64,000 nucleotides of DNA from Haliotis rufescens (GCF_023055435.1 NW_025963780.1:43214001-43278000); one strand, 5' to 3'. Positions 13,701 through 28,362 are shown, numbered from the stretch's first letter. The notes: generated by a model not told the origin, from the sequence alone. Program-made: numbers and translations.

Positions 13701-16700
13701 GGTTGTAGTAGTAGAGGTAGTAGTGGTGACGGTTGTAGTAGTAGAGGTAGTAGTGGTGACGGTTGTAGTAGTAGAGGTAGTAGTGGTGACGGTTGTAGTA
13801 GTAGAGGTAGTAGTGGTGACGGTTGTAGTAGTAGAGGTAGTAGTGGTGACGGTTGTAGTAGCAGAGGTAGTAGTGGTGACGGTTGTAGTAGTAGAGGTAG
13901 TAGTGGTGACGGTTGTAGTAAGAGAGGTAGTAGTGGTGACGGTTGTAGTAAGAGAGGTAGTAGTGGTGACGGTTGTAGTAAGAGAGGTAGTAGTGGTGAC
14001 GGTTGTAGTAGTAGAGGTAGTAGTGGTGACGGTTGTAGTAGTAGAGGTAGTAGTGGTGACGGTTGTAGTAGTAGAGGTAGTAGTGGTGACGGTTGTAGTA
14101 GTAGAGGTAGTAGTGGTGACGGTTGTAGTAGTAGAGGTAGTAGTGGTGACGGTTGTAGTAGTAGAGGTAGTAGTGGTGACGGTTGTAGTAGTAGAGGTAG
14201 TAGTGGTGACGGTTGTAGTAGTAGAGGTAGTAGTGGTGACGGTTGTAGTAAGAGAGGTAGTAGTGGTGACGGTTGTAGTAGTAGAGGTAGTAGTGGTGAC
14301 GGTTGTAGTAGTAGAGATAGTAGTGGTGACGGTTGTAGTAGTAGAGGTAGTAGTGGTGACGGTTGTAGTAGTAGATGTAGTAGTGGTGACGGTTGTAGTA
14401 GTAGAGGTAGTAGTGGTGACGGTTGTAGTAGTAGAGGTAGTAGTGGTGACGGTTGTAGTAAGAGAGGTTGTAGTGGTGACGGTTGTAGTAGATGTAGTAG
14501 TGGTGACGGTTGTAGTAAGAGAGGTAGTAGTGGTGACGGTTGTAGTAAGAGAGGTAGTAGTGGTGACGGTTGTAGTAGATGTAGTAGTGGTGACGGTTGT
14601 AGTAAGAGAGGTAGTAGTGGTGACGGTTGTAGTAGATGTAGTAGTGGTGACGGTTGTAGTAAGAGAGGTAGTAGTGGTGACGGTTGTAGTAGTAGAGGTA
14701 GTAGTGGTGACGGTTGTAGTAGTAGAGGTAGTAGTGGTGACGGTTGTAGTAGTAGATGTAGTAGTGGTGACGGTTGTAGTAGAGGTAGTAGTGGTGACGG
14801 TTGCAGTAGTAGAGGTAGTAGTGGTGACGGTTGTAGTAGTAGAGGTAGTAGTGGTGACGGTTGTAGTAGTAGAGGTAGTAGTGGTGACGGTTGTAGTAGT
14901 AGAGGTAGTAGTGGTGACGGTTGTAGTAGTAGAGGTAGTAGTGGTGACGGTTGCAGTAGTAGAGGTAGTAGTGGTGACGGTTGTAGTAGTAGAGGTAGTA
15001 GTGGTGACGGTTGTAGTAGTAGAGGTAGTAGTGGTGACGGTTGTAGTAGTAGAGGTAGTAGTGGTGACGGTTGTAGTAGCAGAGGTAGTAGTGGTGACGG
15101 TTGTAGTAGTAGAGGTAGTAGTGGTGACGGTTGTAGTAACAGAGATAGTAGTGGTGACGGTTGTAGTAGCAGAGGTAGTGGTGGTGACGGTTGTAGTAAC
15201 AGAGATAGTAGTGGTGACGGTTGTAGTAGTAGAGGTAGTGGTGGTGACGGTTGTAGTAACAGAGATAGTAGTGGTGACGGTTGTAGTAGTAGAGGTAGTA
15301 GTGGTGACGGTTGTAGTAGTAGAGGTAGTAGTGGTGACGGTTGTAGTAACAGAGATAGTAGTGGTGACGGTTGTAGTAGCAGAGGTAGTGGTGGTGACGG
15401 TTGTAGTAAGAGAGGTAGTAGTGGTGACGGTTGCAGTAGCAGAGGTAGTAGTGGTGACGGTTGTAGTAGCAGAGGTAGTAGTGGTGACGGTTGTAGTAGG
15501 AGAGGTAGTGGTGGTGACGGTTGTAGTAGCAGAGGTAGTAGTGGTGACGGTTGTAGTAGCAGAGGTAGTAGTGGTGACGGTTGTAGTAGTAGAGGTAGTA
15601 GTGGTGACGGTTGTAGTAGTAGAGGTAGTAGTGGTGACGGTTGTAGTAGGAGAGGTAGTGGTGGTGACGGTTGTAGTAGCAGAGGTAGTAGTGGTGACGG
15701 TTGTAGTAGTAGAGGTAGTAGTGGTGACGGTTGTAGTAGTAGAGGTAGTAGTGGTGACGGTTGTAGTAGTAGAGGTAGTGGTGGTGACGGTTGTAGTAGT
15801 AGAGGTAGTAGTGGTGACGGTTGTAGTAGCAGAGGTAGTAGTGGTGACGGTTGTAGTAAGAGAGGTAGTAGTGGTGACGGTTGTAGTAGGAGAGGTAGTG
15901 GTGGTGACGGTTGTTGTAGAGGTAGTAGTGGTGACGGTTGTAGTAGTAGAGGTAGTGGTGGTGACGGTTGTAGTAAGAGAGGTAGTAGTGGTGACGGTTG
16001 TAGTAGTAGATGTAGTAGTGGTGACGGTTGTAGTAGTAGAGGTAGTAGTGGTGACGGTTGTAGTAGTAGAGGTAGTAGTGGTGACGGTTGTAGTAGTAGA
16101 GGTAGTAGTGGTGACGGTTGTAGTAGTAGAGGTAGTAGTGGTGACGGTTGTAGTAGTAGAGGTAGTAGTGGTGACGGTTGTAGTAAGAGAGGTAGTAGTG
16201 GTGACGGTTGTAGTAGCAGAGGTAGTAGTGGTGACGGTTGTAGTAGCAGAGATAGTAGTGGTGACGGTTGTAGTAGTAGAGGTAGTAGTGGTGACGGTTG
16301 TAGTAGTAGAGGTAGTAGTGGTGACGGTTGCAGTAGTAGAGGTAGTAGTGGTGACGGTTGTAGTAGGAGAGGTAGTGGTGGTGACGGTTGTAGTAGCAGA
16401 GATAGTAGTGGTGACGGTTGTAGTAGTAGAGGTAGTAGTGGTGACGGCTGTAGTAGAGGTTGTAGTGGTGACGGTTGTAGTAGTAGAGGTAGTAGTGGTG
16501 ACGGCTGTAGCAGAGATAGTAGTGGTGACGGTTGTAGTAGTAGAGGTAGTAGTGGTGACGGTTGTAGTAGAGGTAGTAGTGGTGACGGTTGTAGTAGCAG
16601 AGGTAGTAGTGGTGACGGTTGTAGTAGGAAAGATAGTAGTGGTAACGGTTGTAGTAGCAGAGGTAGTAGTGGTGACGGCTGTAGTAGCAGAGGTAGTGGC

Positions 16701-16892
16701 GGTGACGGTTAATAAAATGGTAGTGGTGTTAGTATTATACGCTGTAGTAGGAGTAATAGTAGTAGAAGTAGATACAAGTAGTGGTGGTGGTAGTGGTGGT
16801 GGTAGTTGTAGTGGTGGTAGTTGTTGTAGTGGTAGTAGTAGTTCAATTGGAAGTAGTAGGAGTAATAGCAGTAGAAGTAGAGCGTTTGTACA
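4773..16892 (-). CDS. Possible giant mucin-like Thr/Ser-rich exon (TTTTVTTTTS repeat), no ATG in frame; coding status uncertain
   Basis: Minus frame in register with the + ORF 4782..16712 reads ACT ACT ACA ACC GTC ACC ACT ACT ACC TCT; open from the stop at 16893-16895 to TAG at 4773-4775; no other exons of such a gene identified. Confidence 0.25.
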   Translation of the reverse strand, partial: CTNALLLLLLLLLLPIELLLPLQQLPPLQLPPPLPPPLLVSTSTTITPTTAYNTNTTTILLTVTATTSATTAVTTTTSATTTVTTTIFPTTTVTTTTSATTTVTTTTSTTTVTTTTSTTTTVTTTISATAVTTTTSTTTTVTTTTSTTAVTTTTSTTTTVTTTISATTTVTTTTSPTTTVTTTTSTTATVTTTTSTTTTVTTTTSTTTTVTTTISATTTVTTTTSATTTVTTTTSLTTTVTTTTSTTTTVTTTTSTTTTVTTTTSTTTTVTTTTSTTTTVTTTTSTTTTVTTTTSTTTTVTTTTSLTTTVTTTTSTTTTVTTTTSTTTVTTTTSPTTTVTTTTSLTTTVTTTTSATTTVTTTTSTTTTVTTTTSTTTTVTTTTSTTTTVTTTTSTTTTVTTTTSATTTVTTTTSPTTTVTTTTSTTTTVTTTTSTTTTVTTTTSATTTVTTTTSATTTVTTTTSPTTTVTTTTSATTTVTTTTSATATVTTTTSLTTTVTTTTSATTTVTTTISVTTTVTTTTSTTTTVTTTTSTTTTVTTTISVTTTVTTTTSTTTTVTTTISVTTTVTTTTSATTTVTTTISVTTTVTTTTSTTTTVTTTTSATTTVTTTTSTTTTVTTTTSTTTTVTTTTSTTTTVTTTTSTTATVTTTTSTTTTVTTTTSTTTTVTTTTSTTTTVTTTTSTTTTVTTTTSTTATVTTTTSTTTVTTTTSTTTTVTTTTSTTTTVTTTTSTTTTVTTTTSLTTTVTTTTSTTTVTTTTSLTTTVTTTTSTTTVTTTTSLTTTVTTTTSLTTTVTTTTSTTTVTTTTSLTTTVTTTTSTTTTVTTTTSTTTTVTTTTSTTTTVTTTTSTTTTVTTTISTTTTVTTTTSTTTTVTTTTSLTTTVTTTTSTTTTVTTTTSTTTTVTTTTSTTTTVTTTTSTTTTVTTTTSTTTTVTTTTSTTTTVTTTTSTTTTVTTTTSTTTTVTTTTSLTTTVTTTTSLTTTVTTTTSLTTTVTTTTSTTTTVTTTTSATTTVTTTTSTTTTVTTTTSTTTTVTTTTSTTTTVTTTTSTTTTVTTTTSTTTTVTTTTSTTTTVTTTTSLTTTVTTTTSLTTTVTTTTSPTTTVTTTTSTTTVTTTTSTTTTVTTTTSTTTTVTTSTSTTTTVTTTTSTTTTVTTTTSTTTTVTTTTSLTTTVTTTTSLTTTVTTTTSTTTTVTTTTSTTTTVTTTTSLTTTVTTTTSATTTVTTTISVTTTVTTTTSTTATVTTTTSTTTVTTTTSTTTTVTTTTSTTTTVTTTTSLTTTVTTTTSLTTTVTTTTSTTTTVTTTTSTTTTVTTTISVTTTVTTTTSTTTTVTTTTSTTTTVTTTTSTTATVTTTTSTTATVTTTTSTTTTVTTTTSTTATVTTTTSTTTVTTTTSTTAVTTTTSATTTVTTTTSTTTTVTTTTSTTTVTTTTSTTAVTTTTSATTTVTTTTSTTTTVTTTTTVTTTTSTTTTVTTTTSTTTTVTTTTTVTTTTSPTATVTTTTSTTTTVTTTISVTTTVTTTTSTTTTVTTTTSTTTTVTTTISATTTVTTTTSTTTTVTTTTSTTTTVTTTISATTTVTTTTSTTTTVTTTTSATTTVTTTTSTTTTVTTTTSTTTTVTTTTSTTTTVTTTISTTTTVTTTISTTTVTTTTSTTTTVTTTTSTTTTVTTTTSTTTTVTTTTSLTTTVTTTSATATVTTTTSTTATVTTTTSTTTTVTTTTSATTTVTTTTSATATVTTTTSATTTVTTTTSTTTTVTTTTSPTTTVTTTTSTTTTVTTTTSPTTTVTTTTSTTTVTTTTSTTTTVTTTTSTTTTVTTTTSLTTTVTTTTSLTTTVTTTTSTTTTVTTTTSLTTTVTTTTSPTTTVTTTTSTTTTVTTTTSTTTTVTTTTSPTTTVTTTTSTTTTVTTTTSLTTTVTTTTSPTTTVTTTTSTTTTVTTTTSTTTTVTTTTSTTTTVTTTTSPTTTVTTTTSTTTVTTTTSTTTTVTTTTSTTTVTTTTSTTTTVTTTTSTTTVTTTTSTTTTVTTTTSTTTTVTTTTSLTTTVTTTTSTTTTVTTTTSTTATVTTTTSTTTTVTTTTSTTTTVTTTTSLTTTVTTTTSTTTTVTTTTSPTTTVTTTTSTTTTVTTTTSLTTTVTTTTSLTTTVTTTTSTTTTVTTTTSTTTTVTTTISTTTTVTTTTSTTTTVTTTTSTTTTVTTTTSTTTTVTTTTSTTTTVTTTTSPTTTVTTTTSTTTTVTTTTSPTTTVTTTTSTTTVTTTTSTTTTVTTTTSTTTTVTTTTSTTTTVTTTTSTTTTVTTTTSTTTTVTTTTSTTTTVTTTTSTTTTVTTTTSTTTTVTTTTSTTTTVTTTTSTTTTVTTTTSTTTTVTTTTSTTTTVTTTTSLTTTVTTTTSTTTTVTTTTSTTTTVTTTTSTTTTVTTTTSTTTTVTTTTSTTTTVTTTTSPTTTVTTTTSTTTTVTTTTSTTTTVTTTISLTTTVTTTTSTTTTVTTTTTVTTTTSPTATVTTTTSTTTTVTTTISVTTTVTTTTSPTATVTTTTSTTTTVTTTTSTTTTVTTTISATTTVTTTTSLTTTVTTTTSTTTTVTTTISATTTVTTTTSTTTVTTTTSLTTTVTTTTSTTTTVTTTISATTTVTTTTSATTTVTTTTSTTTTVTTTISVTTTVTTTTSTTTTVTTTTSTTTTVTTTTSTTTTVTTTTSTTATVTTTISATATVTTTTSTTTTVTTTTSTTTTVTTTTSTTTTVTTTISTTTTVTTTISATTTVTTTTSATTTVTTTISTTTTVTTTISATTTVTTTTSTTTTVTTTISATTTVTTTTSATTTVTTTTSPTTTVTTTTSTTTTVTTTTSTTTTVTTTTSTTATVTTTTSTTTTVTTTTSTTTTVTTTTSTTAVTTTTSATTTVTTTTSTTTTVTTTTTVTTTTSTTTTVTTTTSTTTTVTTTTTVTTTTTVTTTTSPTATVTTTTSTTTTVTTTTSTTTTVTTTTSTTTTVTTTTSTTTTVTTTTSTTTTVTTTTSTTTTVTTTTSTTTTVTTTTSTTTTVTTTTSTTTTVTTTTSTTTTVTTTTSTTTTVTTTTSTTTTVTTTTSTTTTVTTTTSTTTTVTTTTSTTTTVTTTTSTTTTVTTTTSPTTTVTTTTSTTTVTTTTSTTAVTTTTSPTTTVTTTTSTTTVTTTTSTTAVTTTTSATTTVTTTTSTTTTVTTTISATTTVTTTTSTTTTVTTTTSTTTVTTTTSTTTTVTTTTSTTTTVTTTTSTTTTVTTTTSTTTTVTTTTSPTTTVTTTTSTTTVTTTTSTTTTVTTTTSTTTTVTTTISATTTVTTTTSATTTVTTTASVTTTVTTTTSTTTTVTTTTSATTTVTTTISTTTTVTTTISTTTTVTTTISTTTTVTTTISTTTTVTTTISPTTTVTTTISATTTVTTTTSATTTVTTTTSTTTTVTTTTSATTTVTTTTSTTTTVTTTTSATTTVTTTTSATTTVTTTISTTTTVTTTTSATTTVTTTISATTTVTTTTSTTTTVTTSTSTTTTVTTTTSTTTTVTTTISATTTVTTTISTTTVTTTTSTTTTVTTTTSTTTTVTTTTSTTTTVTTTTSTTTTVTTTTSTTTTVTTTTSTTTTVTTTTSATTTVTTSTSTTTTVTTTTSATTTVTTTTSTTTTVTTTTSTTTTVTTTTSTTATVTTTTSTTTVTTTISTTTTVTTTISATTTVTTTTSATTTVTTTTSTTATVTTTISATTTVTTTTSTTTTVTTTTSATTTVTTTISTTTTVTTTTSTTTTVTTTISTTTTVTTTISATTTVTTTTSATTTVTTTTSPTTTVTTTTSATTTVTTSTSTTTTVTTTTSATTTVTTTTSTTTTVTTTTSTTTTVTTTTSTTATVTTTTSTTTVTTTISTTTTVTTTISATTTVTTTTSATTTVTTTTSTTATVTTTISATTTVTTTTSTTTTVTTTTSATTTVTTTISTTTTVTTTTSTTTTVTTTISTTTTVTTTISATTTVTTTTSATTTVTTTTSTTTTVTTTTSPTTTVTTTTSTTTTVTTTTSTHRIQIR
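4800..16710. repeat. ~11.9-kb tandem array of 30-bp unit GTAGTAGTGGTGACGGTTGTAGTAGTAGAG (~400 units; 27- and 18-bp variants)
   Basis: Directly visible; near-invariant GGTGACGG core; grades into degenerate (AGT)n low-complexity DNA to ~17760. Confidence 0.98.
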
Positions 16893-17096
16893 TTATTGGT
16901 CGTAATAGGTTGAAAAGTAGCACTAGAGCACAGAATAACCGTCGTAGTTGTAGTTGTCGTATAATTAGTAAAAGTAGAAGTAGTGGCAACAGTAGTAGTA
17001 GTATTTGAAGTAGTAGTAGTAGAAATATTAAAGTCGTTCTAGTATTTGAAGCAGTAGTAGTGGTAGTAGAAGTAGTATTTGAAGTAGTAGTAGAAG

Positions 17097-17260
17097 AGTG
17101 AGTGAGTTTGGTTTAACGCCGCTTTTAACAGTTTTCCAGTTATATCACGGTGTGTCATCTTAATGTGGGAGGAAAGCCCGAAGTGATGTAGGTCTCAGAC
17201 GTTTACCATTTCGGTGAAACCCATGAGCACGGGTATGGTGCTGACAAACCTAGAAACATA
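17097..17260 (-). mobile_element. SINE family C, 3' fragment
   Basis: Reverse complement of the family C body and tail. Confidence 0.8.
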
Positions 17261-17351
17261 AAGTAGTAGTAGAAATATTAAAGTCGTTCTCGTATTTGAA
17301 GCAGTAGTAGTGGAAGTAGAAGTGGTATTTGAAGCAGTAGTAGTATTTGAA

Positions 17352-17353
17352 AC

Positions 17354-17418
<65 letters not shown>

Positions 17419-17436
17419 AAGAAGAAGAAGAAGAAA
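17352..17436. repeat. (AGT)n-(AGA)n microsatellite
   Basis: Direct. Confidence 0.95.
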
Positions 17437-17450
17437 TAGTAATAGAGGTG

Positions 17451-17618
17451 GGTGAATGAGTGAGTGAGTATGGTTTTACGCCGCTTTTAGCAATATTCCA
17501 GCAATATCACGGCGGGGGACACCAGAAATGGGCTTCACACATTGTACCCATGTCGGGAATCGCAATCGACCCGGGTCTTCGGCATGACGAGCGAACGCGT
17601 TAACCACTAGGCTACCCC
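17451..17618 (-). mobile_element. SINE family A (tRNA-Asp-like head)
   Basis: Reverse complement of GGGTAGCCTAGTGGTTAAAGCGTTCGCTCGTCACGCCGAAGACCCGGGTTCGATTCCC...GCGGCGTAAAACCATACTC(ACTC)n. Confidence 0.9.
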
Positions 17619-17891
17619 AGTAGAAGTAGTAGTAGTAGCGGTTGTAGTAGAAGCAATACTAATACTTAAAGTAGTAGAAATACCTATAGTTGTTGTAGTA
17701 GTGGTCGTAATAGCGACAGTGGAAGTATTTGAAGTAGTTGTAATACACACTGGAGTTGAAACACTCACTGGCTGGAGCACTACCACTAAGTGTAAAGGTT
17801 TAACATTCAAAGATTAGCGTATATACAACAGATGAAAATTAAGGATCAACCGATTCTTTCATATTAATATAGTTAATTTGTAATGGCATGA

Positions 17892-18162
17892 CGGGCGCGG
17901 ATGGCCCTGTCGTCTAAGGCGCCGCAATTCGCTGTGCGGAGCTGCGCTCTTTGAGCAGGCCAGAAACCTATGATTGTGGGTTCGGATGCCGGTTCGCCCC
18001 GCTTATGTTTCTAGGTTTGTCACCATCATACCCGCGCTTGTGGGTTTCACCAAGTGGAAAACGTCCAAGACCTGCATCACATCGGGTTTTCCTCAAGCTT
18101 ACAAGTCGTGATAGAACGGGAATACTGTTAAACGCTGCGTTAAACCCAACTCACTCACTCAC
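17892..18162 (+). mobile_element. SINE family C, full length
   Basis: GGATGGCCC..GTCTAAGGCGCC head resembling the tRNA-Leu 5' half, degenerate B-box, (ACTC)n tail. Confidence 0.85.
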
Positions 18163-18279
18163 TGTCATGGCATGGTATGACGGATTAACTATAAAAATAT
18201 GAAAGAATCGAGTGGTCCTCAACTTTTTTCTGCAGTATATATCACACAATTACCAGTTACAGAACTTAACTTTACCTGG

Positions 18280-18482
18280 CATCTCCCCGTATCTCTCTCT
18301 CCATCCGTCCCACCCTCTCTCTCTTCCCTCCCTCTCTCTCTCTCGCTCACTCTCTCTCGCCTTCAATCTCTCTTCCTCTCTCTCTCCCTTTCACTCTCTC
18401 TGTCGTTTTCTCTCCTCCTCCCCTCTCTCACTCTCTACCTCCTCCTCTCTCCACTCCTCTTTCTCTCTCTCGATCACTCTCA
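18280..18482. repeat. CT-rich low-complexity tract
   Basis: Degenerate (CT)n. Confidence 0.9.
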
Positions 18483-18588
18483 AACCAAACTCAACCTGAT
18501 ATTATTGTAAAGATTTCTTCAAAACCTTTTTCTTATAATCAGCAAAAATGATGTATCACCTCAAGACAATATTCCTGTTGACTTTGAC

Positions 18589-18690
18589 CAGAGACCATAT
18601 AATAGAGGGACGGCCCTCTAGCCTATGCGCGAAACCATCAGTGCTACGGCTTGTACTGCGCAGCCTGTCCTGTCTATTATATGGTCTCTG
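18589..18690. mobile_element. 102-bp MITE, TIR CAGAGACCATATAATAGA, 7-bp TSD CTTTGAC (P-element-like termini)
   Basis: 18-bp inverted termini; CTTTGAC at 18582-18588 and 18691-18697; same TIR at 51929-51969. Confidence 0.85.
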
Positions 18691-18984
18691 CTTTGACACA
18701 GTTTCTTCCCATAACATAATTTCTCAAATTACAACTGTGTCCTATACCCAGTAAACCCACACAACCGAATACGCAGACACGTGGTACAAGTATCGGCACC
18801 ACAGACCTCTCGAAGAGGATAATAGAGGGACGCAGTGACACGGAACTCTTTAGTCGCAAGTTTCTGGGTATTAATACCACAGTGAATAGATGCTTACCCG
18901 CGTTGCTAAGGCATCAGTCAATGACGCATGAACACGTGGCAACGAGATACTCCCCGCGATGTCCATTGATCGATGTAATGAGAT

Positions 18985-19120
18985 TCACCATGGCGACCGA
19001 CCGACCGACAACACAGGGAGGGTATATAAGCGAGGACGCCGGGATGCGGGTCATACTCAAACTCTTGTCAAGACTTCCTTATCAGTCTAGTGAGTTTTGT
19101 ATACTCGTCAATCTTCAACC
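18985..19120 (+). promoter_or_regulatory. Core promoter/5'UTR of alpha-tubulin copy 1
   Basis: CCATGGCGAC (YY1-like) at ~18988, TATATAAG at 19023, 5'UTR homologous to the other copies. Confidence 0.7.
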
Positions 19121-22008
<2,888 letters not shown>

Positions 22009-22276
22009 GTACAACTCCATCCGCCATTCCCATGATTCAACATGAAATCCGATTTCACCAATTGACAAAAGAACTTGTGCTCAGAAACCACTGAAGTTTA
22101 TAGCAAGATATAGTCTGAATCAGGACATTTATTCTGAATCTCAGGAACATTCCAAGGTTATTGCATGCTTCACTATTGTGCCAAATCGAATGGAATAAAA
22201 ACGTGTTGAACATATTTGAACATGTTTTGGTAATTATTCATATTTACACCGTAGTTCGTTTAATGTATACCCGTGA

Positions 22277-22444
22277 CGAGTGAGTAAGTTAGTGAGTGAG
22301 TGTGGTTTTGCGCCGCCTGAAGCAATATTTTAGCAAGATCATGAGGGGGGACACGAGAAATGAGCTTCACACATTGTAAATATGTCGGGAATCGAACCCG
22401 GGTCTTCTGCATGACGAGCAAACGCTTTAACCACAAGGCTCCCC
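22277..22444 (-). mobile_element. SINE family A
   Basis: Diverged family A copy on minus. Confidence 0.8.
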
Positions 22445-22760
22445 AACATGCACGTTGTGCTGTGTAATAACTCACAAAAAACCACATATCTCCCAATCAC
22501 AGTGCTTTTTACTCTGATTGGAACTAAACAACCAGATCAGTGTGTATAGATCATGAGGGGGGACACGAGAAATGAGCTTCACACATTGTAAATATGTCGG
22601 GAATCGAACCCGGGTCTTCTGCATGACGAGCAAACGCTTTAACCACAAGGCTCCCCAACATGCACGTTGTGCTGTGTAATAACTCACAAAAAACCACATA
22701 TCTCCCAATCACAGTGCTTTTTACTCTGATTGGAACTAAACAACCAGATCAGTGTGTATA
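22336..22760. repeat. Perfect 212-bp tandem duplication (22336-22547 / 22548-22759)
   Basis: Identical text at offset 212; includes part of a SINE A plus flank. Confidence 0.9.
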
Positions 22761-23133
22761 GACCAAACTCGATAGGCAGAATGGAATTCTGAATTAGTGA
22801 AAATCATTCACGTTCCAAAAAGCTTCTGGGGGCCTATCTGAAACCTACCAAAACCTACAATGGCAAAAGGTCTTCTGAGATTATGATTCATATAAAATTA
22901 GATGTAGTGAGACTAACAGATGAAATTATGGCCCTTTGATTTGAGTCCTATCGTGATTGTGGTGTATTTCTAGTATTGGTTATGGCTGTCTTAATCATCG
23001 AATTACTCTGGATAAGGTTCTACAATGTCAAAGGAACGTTTTTACAACATAATTGGAATAAATACAGGTATTAGACCCGACCAGATGTATAGCCTAAGGC
23101 TGATAGGACATTAAACTATTCACATTCTTAATA

Positions 23134-23307
23134 CAGTAAACTACGGTTATAACGAACACGCTTATAACGAACTGACGGATATAACGAACTACTTTTTTGG
23201 ACCCGATAATTAGCTGTATTATGCTGTATATATGCTTATAACGAACAACGGTTATAGCGAACTAAAATTAGTAGTCCCTTTGAGTTCGTTATAACCGTAC
23301 TTTACTG
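23134..23307. mobile_element. Tigger/pogo-like MITE (TIR CAGTAAACTACGGTTATAACGA, TA TSD)
   Basis: Inverted termini flanked by TA; internal TATAACGAA subterminal repeats; second copy at 30542-30717 inverted. Confidence 0.85.
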
Positions 23308-23374
23308 TACTTTCAAATACAGACATTGTACAGTATTTCAAAAATATATATACAAGCCATACTTCCATGTACAT

Positions 23375-23545
23375 GTTTGTTTGTTTGTTTGTTGTTTAAT
23401 CCCCCACCCAGTAATATTCCAGCTATATGACGGCTGTCTTTAAATAATCGAGTCTGGACAAGACAATCCAGTGATTGACACGATGAGCATCGATCCACGC
23501 AATTGGGATACGATGACATGCATCAACCAAGTCAGCGAGCCCGAC
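23375..23545 (-). mobile_element. SINE family B, 5'-truncated
   Basis: (TTTG)n tail followed by the reverse-complemented body. Confidence 0.85.
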
Positions 23546-23659
23546 TTATTGTCAATTAGAAACTGACAAAATCTAGGTTAAGTTTCACAACAAACAGGCC
23601 AAACGAACTCTCCAAGGCGAAGGTCGTACTATGTATACATCATCTGGGCCACCGTGTTG

Positions 23660-23811
23660 TCAAGGGCCAATGAGATTGTCCCCACCCTGACAACGAACAC
23701 ACCAAAGGACAGGTATATAAAGCGTGGAGGCGGGTGAACGGGCATACTTCAACTCTCCACGAGACTTCATCGCCGGTCCAGGGAGTTTTTGTATAGCGCC
23801 AAACTTCAATC
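23660..23811 (+). promoter_or_regulatory. Core promoter/5'UTR of alpha-tubulin copy 2
   Basis: CCAAT at 23667, TATATAA at 23714, conserved with the copy 3 promoter (CCAAT 30987, TATA 31041). Confidence 0.75.
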
Positions 23812-27008
<3,197 letters not shown>

Positions 27009-28001
27009 ATAAAACTCCATCCGCCATCCCATGATTCAACATGAAATCCGATTTCACCAATTGACGAAAGAACTTGTGCTCAGAAACCACTGACGTTTAT
27101 AGCAAGGTGTAATATCAATCATTTACGCTGAATCACGGGAACAGTCCAGTGCATTCATATGCTTCACTTTTGTGCCAAATCGAATTGAATAAAAACGTGT
27201 TGAACATATTTGAAGATGTTTCGGTAATTATGATTGAAAATACTTACTCTGTAGTTCATTTAAAATTTGCACTTTAATGATCAAGGGTTGTAGGAACCAC
27301 AAAGTTGACCTAACCCAAGAACTATTGATAGAAAGTTTTCCTTAAAAAATGTGATATTTTAGGGGGAGTATTCCTGGGAAAATAATTGTCCGGGGTGGGG
27401 TGGGGGTGGGGGTGGGGGTTGGGGTCGTTGCTAGAATAGAAAGGTTGGTACAGTGGATTTGGACGGTAAAAGCCTCCGCTCGTCACCAATTTTAGTGTAA
27501 TATTGCTAAATGTGGTCACAGTACACTATCAATACAGTGATGTGTCCCTCGATGCCGTGTATTATAAAATGAGTGAGTGAGTTGAATGTTTTGGCGCAAA
27601 AGCAATCTCACGGCAGTAGGGAATCGTTCCCAGGTGGTTTTCTTGCCTGATCATGACGAATTAGACCATAGGCGCCCCTCATTATATATCACCTTATCAT
27701 ACTGCTATACACTCTGAAGGGAACGAAACAACCCGAGCAATATGTACAGAAGACTAAACCCGATATGCACCATGGAATCTTGAAATATGGGAAAATGATT
27801 TGCTTTCGAAGGTTTCTGATGCCTATCTGAAACCTACCAAAACCCCCACAATGACGAAAGTTCATCTTAGATTATGACCCTTATAAAATCAGATGTAATG
27901 AGAAAAAAAGGAGGAAAGTGTTGCCTTTTCATTTAGTCCTATTGTAATTGTGGTTTATTTCTATTATTTCTAATCGTTGTCTTAATAATGGGACATATCA
28001 G

Positions 28002-28362
28002 GTGAGGTGAGGTGAGGTGAAATTGGGTTTAACGTCGCGTCTAAGATTATTGCACTTATATAGCGACGTGCATGTACGTGTGTGTGTTTGTGTGGCTGCT
28101 TGTACTAGTCCGGACTGATGCCGATTTATAGTGCTAGCCCACTGAGATACCATGCCGCAGTTAAACATGAATACCCTTCTCAGACACAGTATACTGACTC
28201 CGAGCCGACCAGTCCTTGTTTTAGCCCCTTAATGCCGAGCGCCAGACAGGGTAACAGCAAGTACCATCTTTTAACGTCTTTTGGTATGACGCGGCCGGGG
28301 ATCGAACCACGGACCTTCCGCTCTCCGGGCGGACGCTCTACCACAAGACCACGGAGGCGGTC
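28002..28362 (-). mobile_element. SINE family D (V-SINE-like), full length with 12-bp TSD
   Basis: tRNA head GGTTCGATCCCCGGCCGCGTCATACCAAAAGACG..., V-domain-like CTGGCGCTCGGCATTAAGGGG, (CACCT)n tail; TSD GGGACATATCAG at 27990-28001 and 28363-28374. Confidence 0.85.

Noticed and set aside
16879-16902. RAFVHYW at the end of the poly-Val ORF resembles tubulin KRAFVHWY
   Set aside because: Codons differ from the tubulin copies at essentially all synonymous positions and the match does not extend; chance
4782-16905. Plus-strand ORFs of 3976 aa (SSGDGC repeat) and 4036 aa (poly-Val)
   Set aside because: By-products of a stop-free tandem repeat; they start at TTG/GTG, which is not normal in animals, and the poly-Val product is implausible
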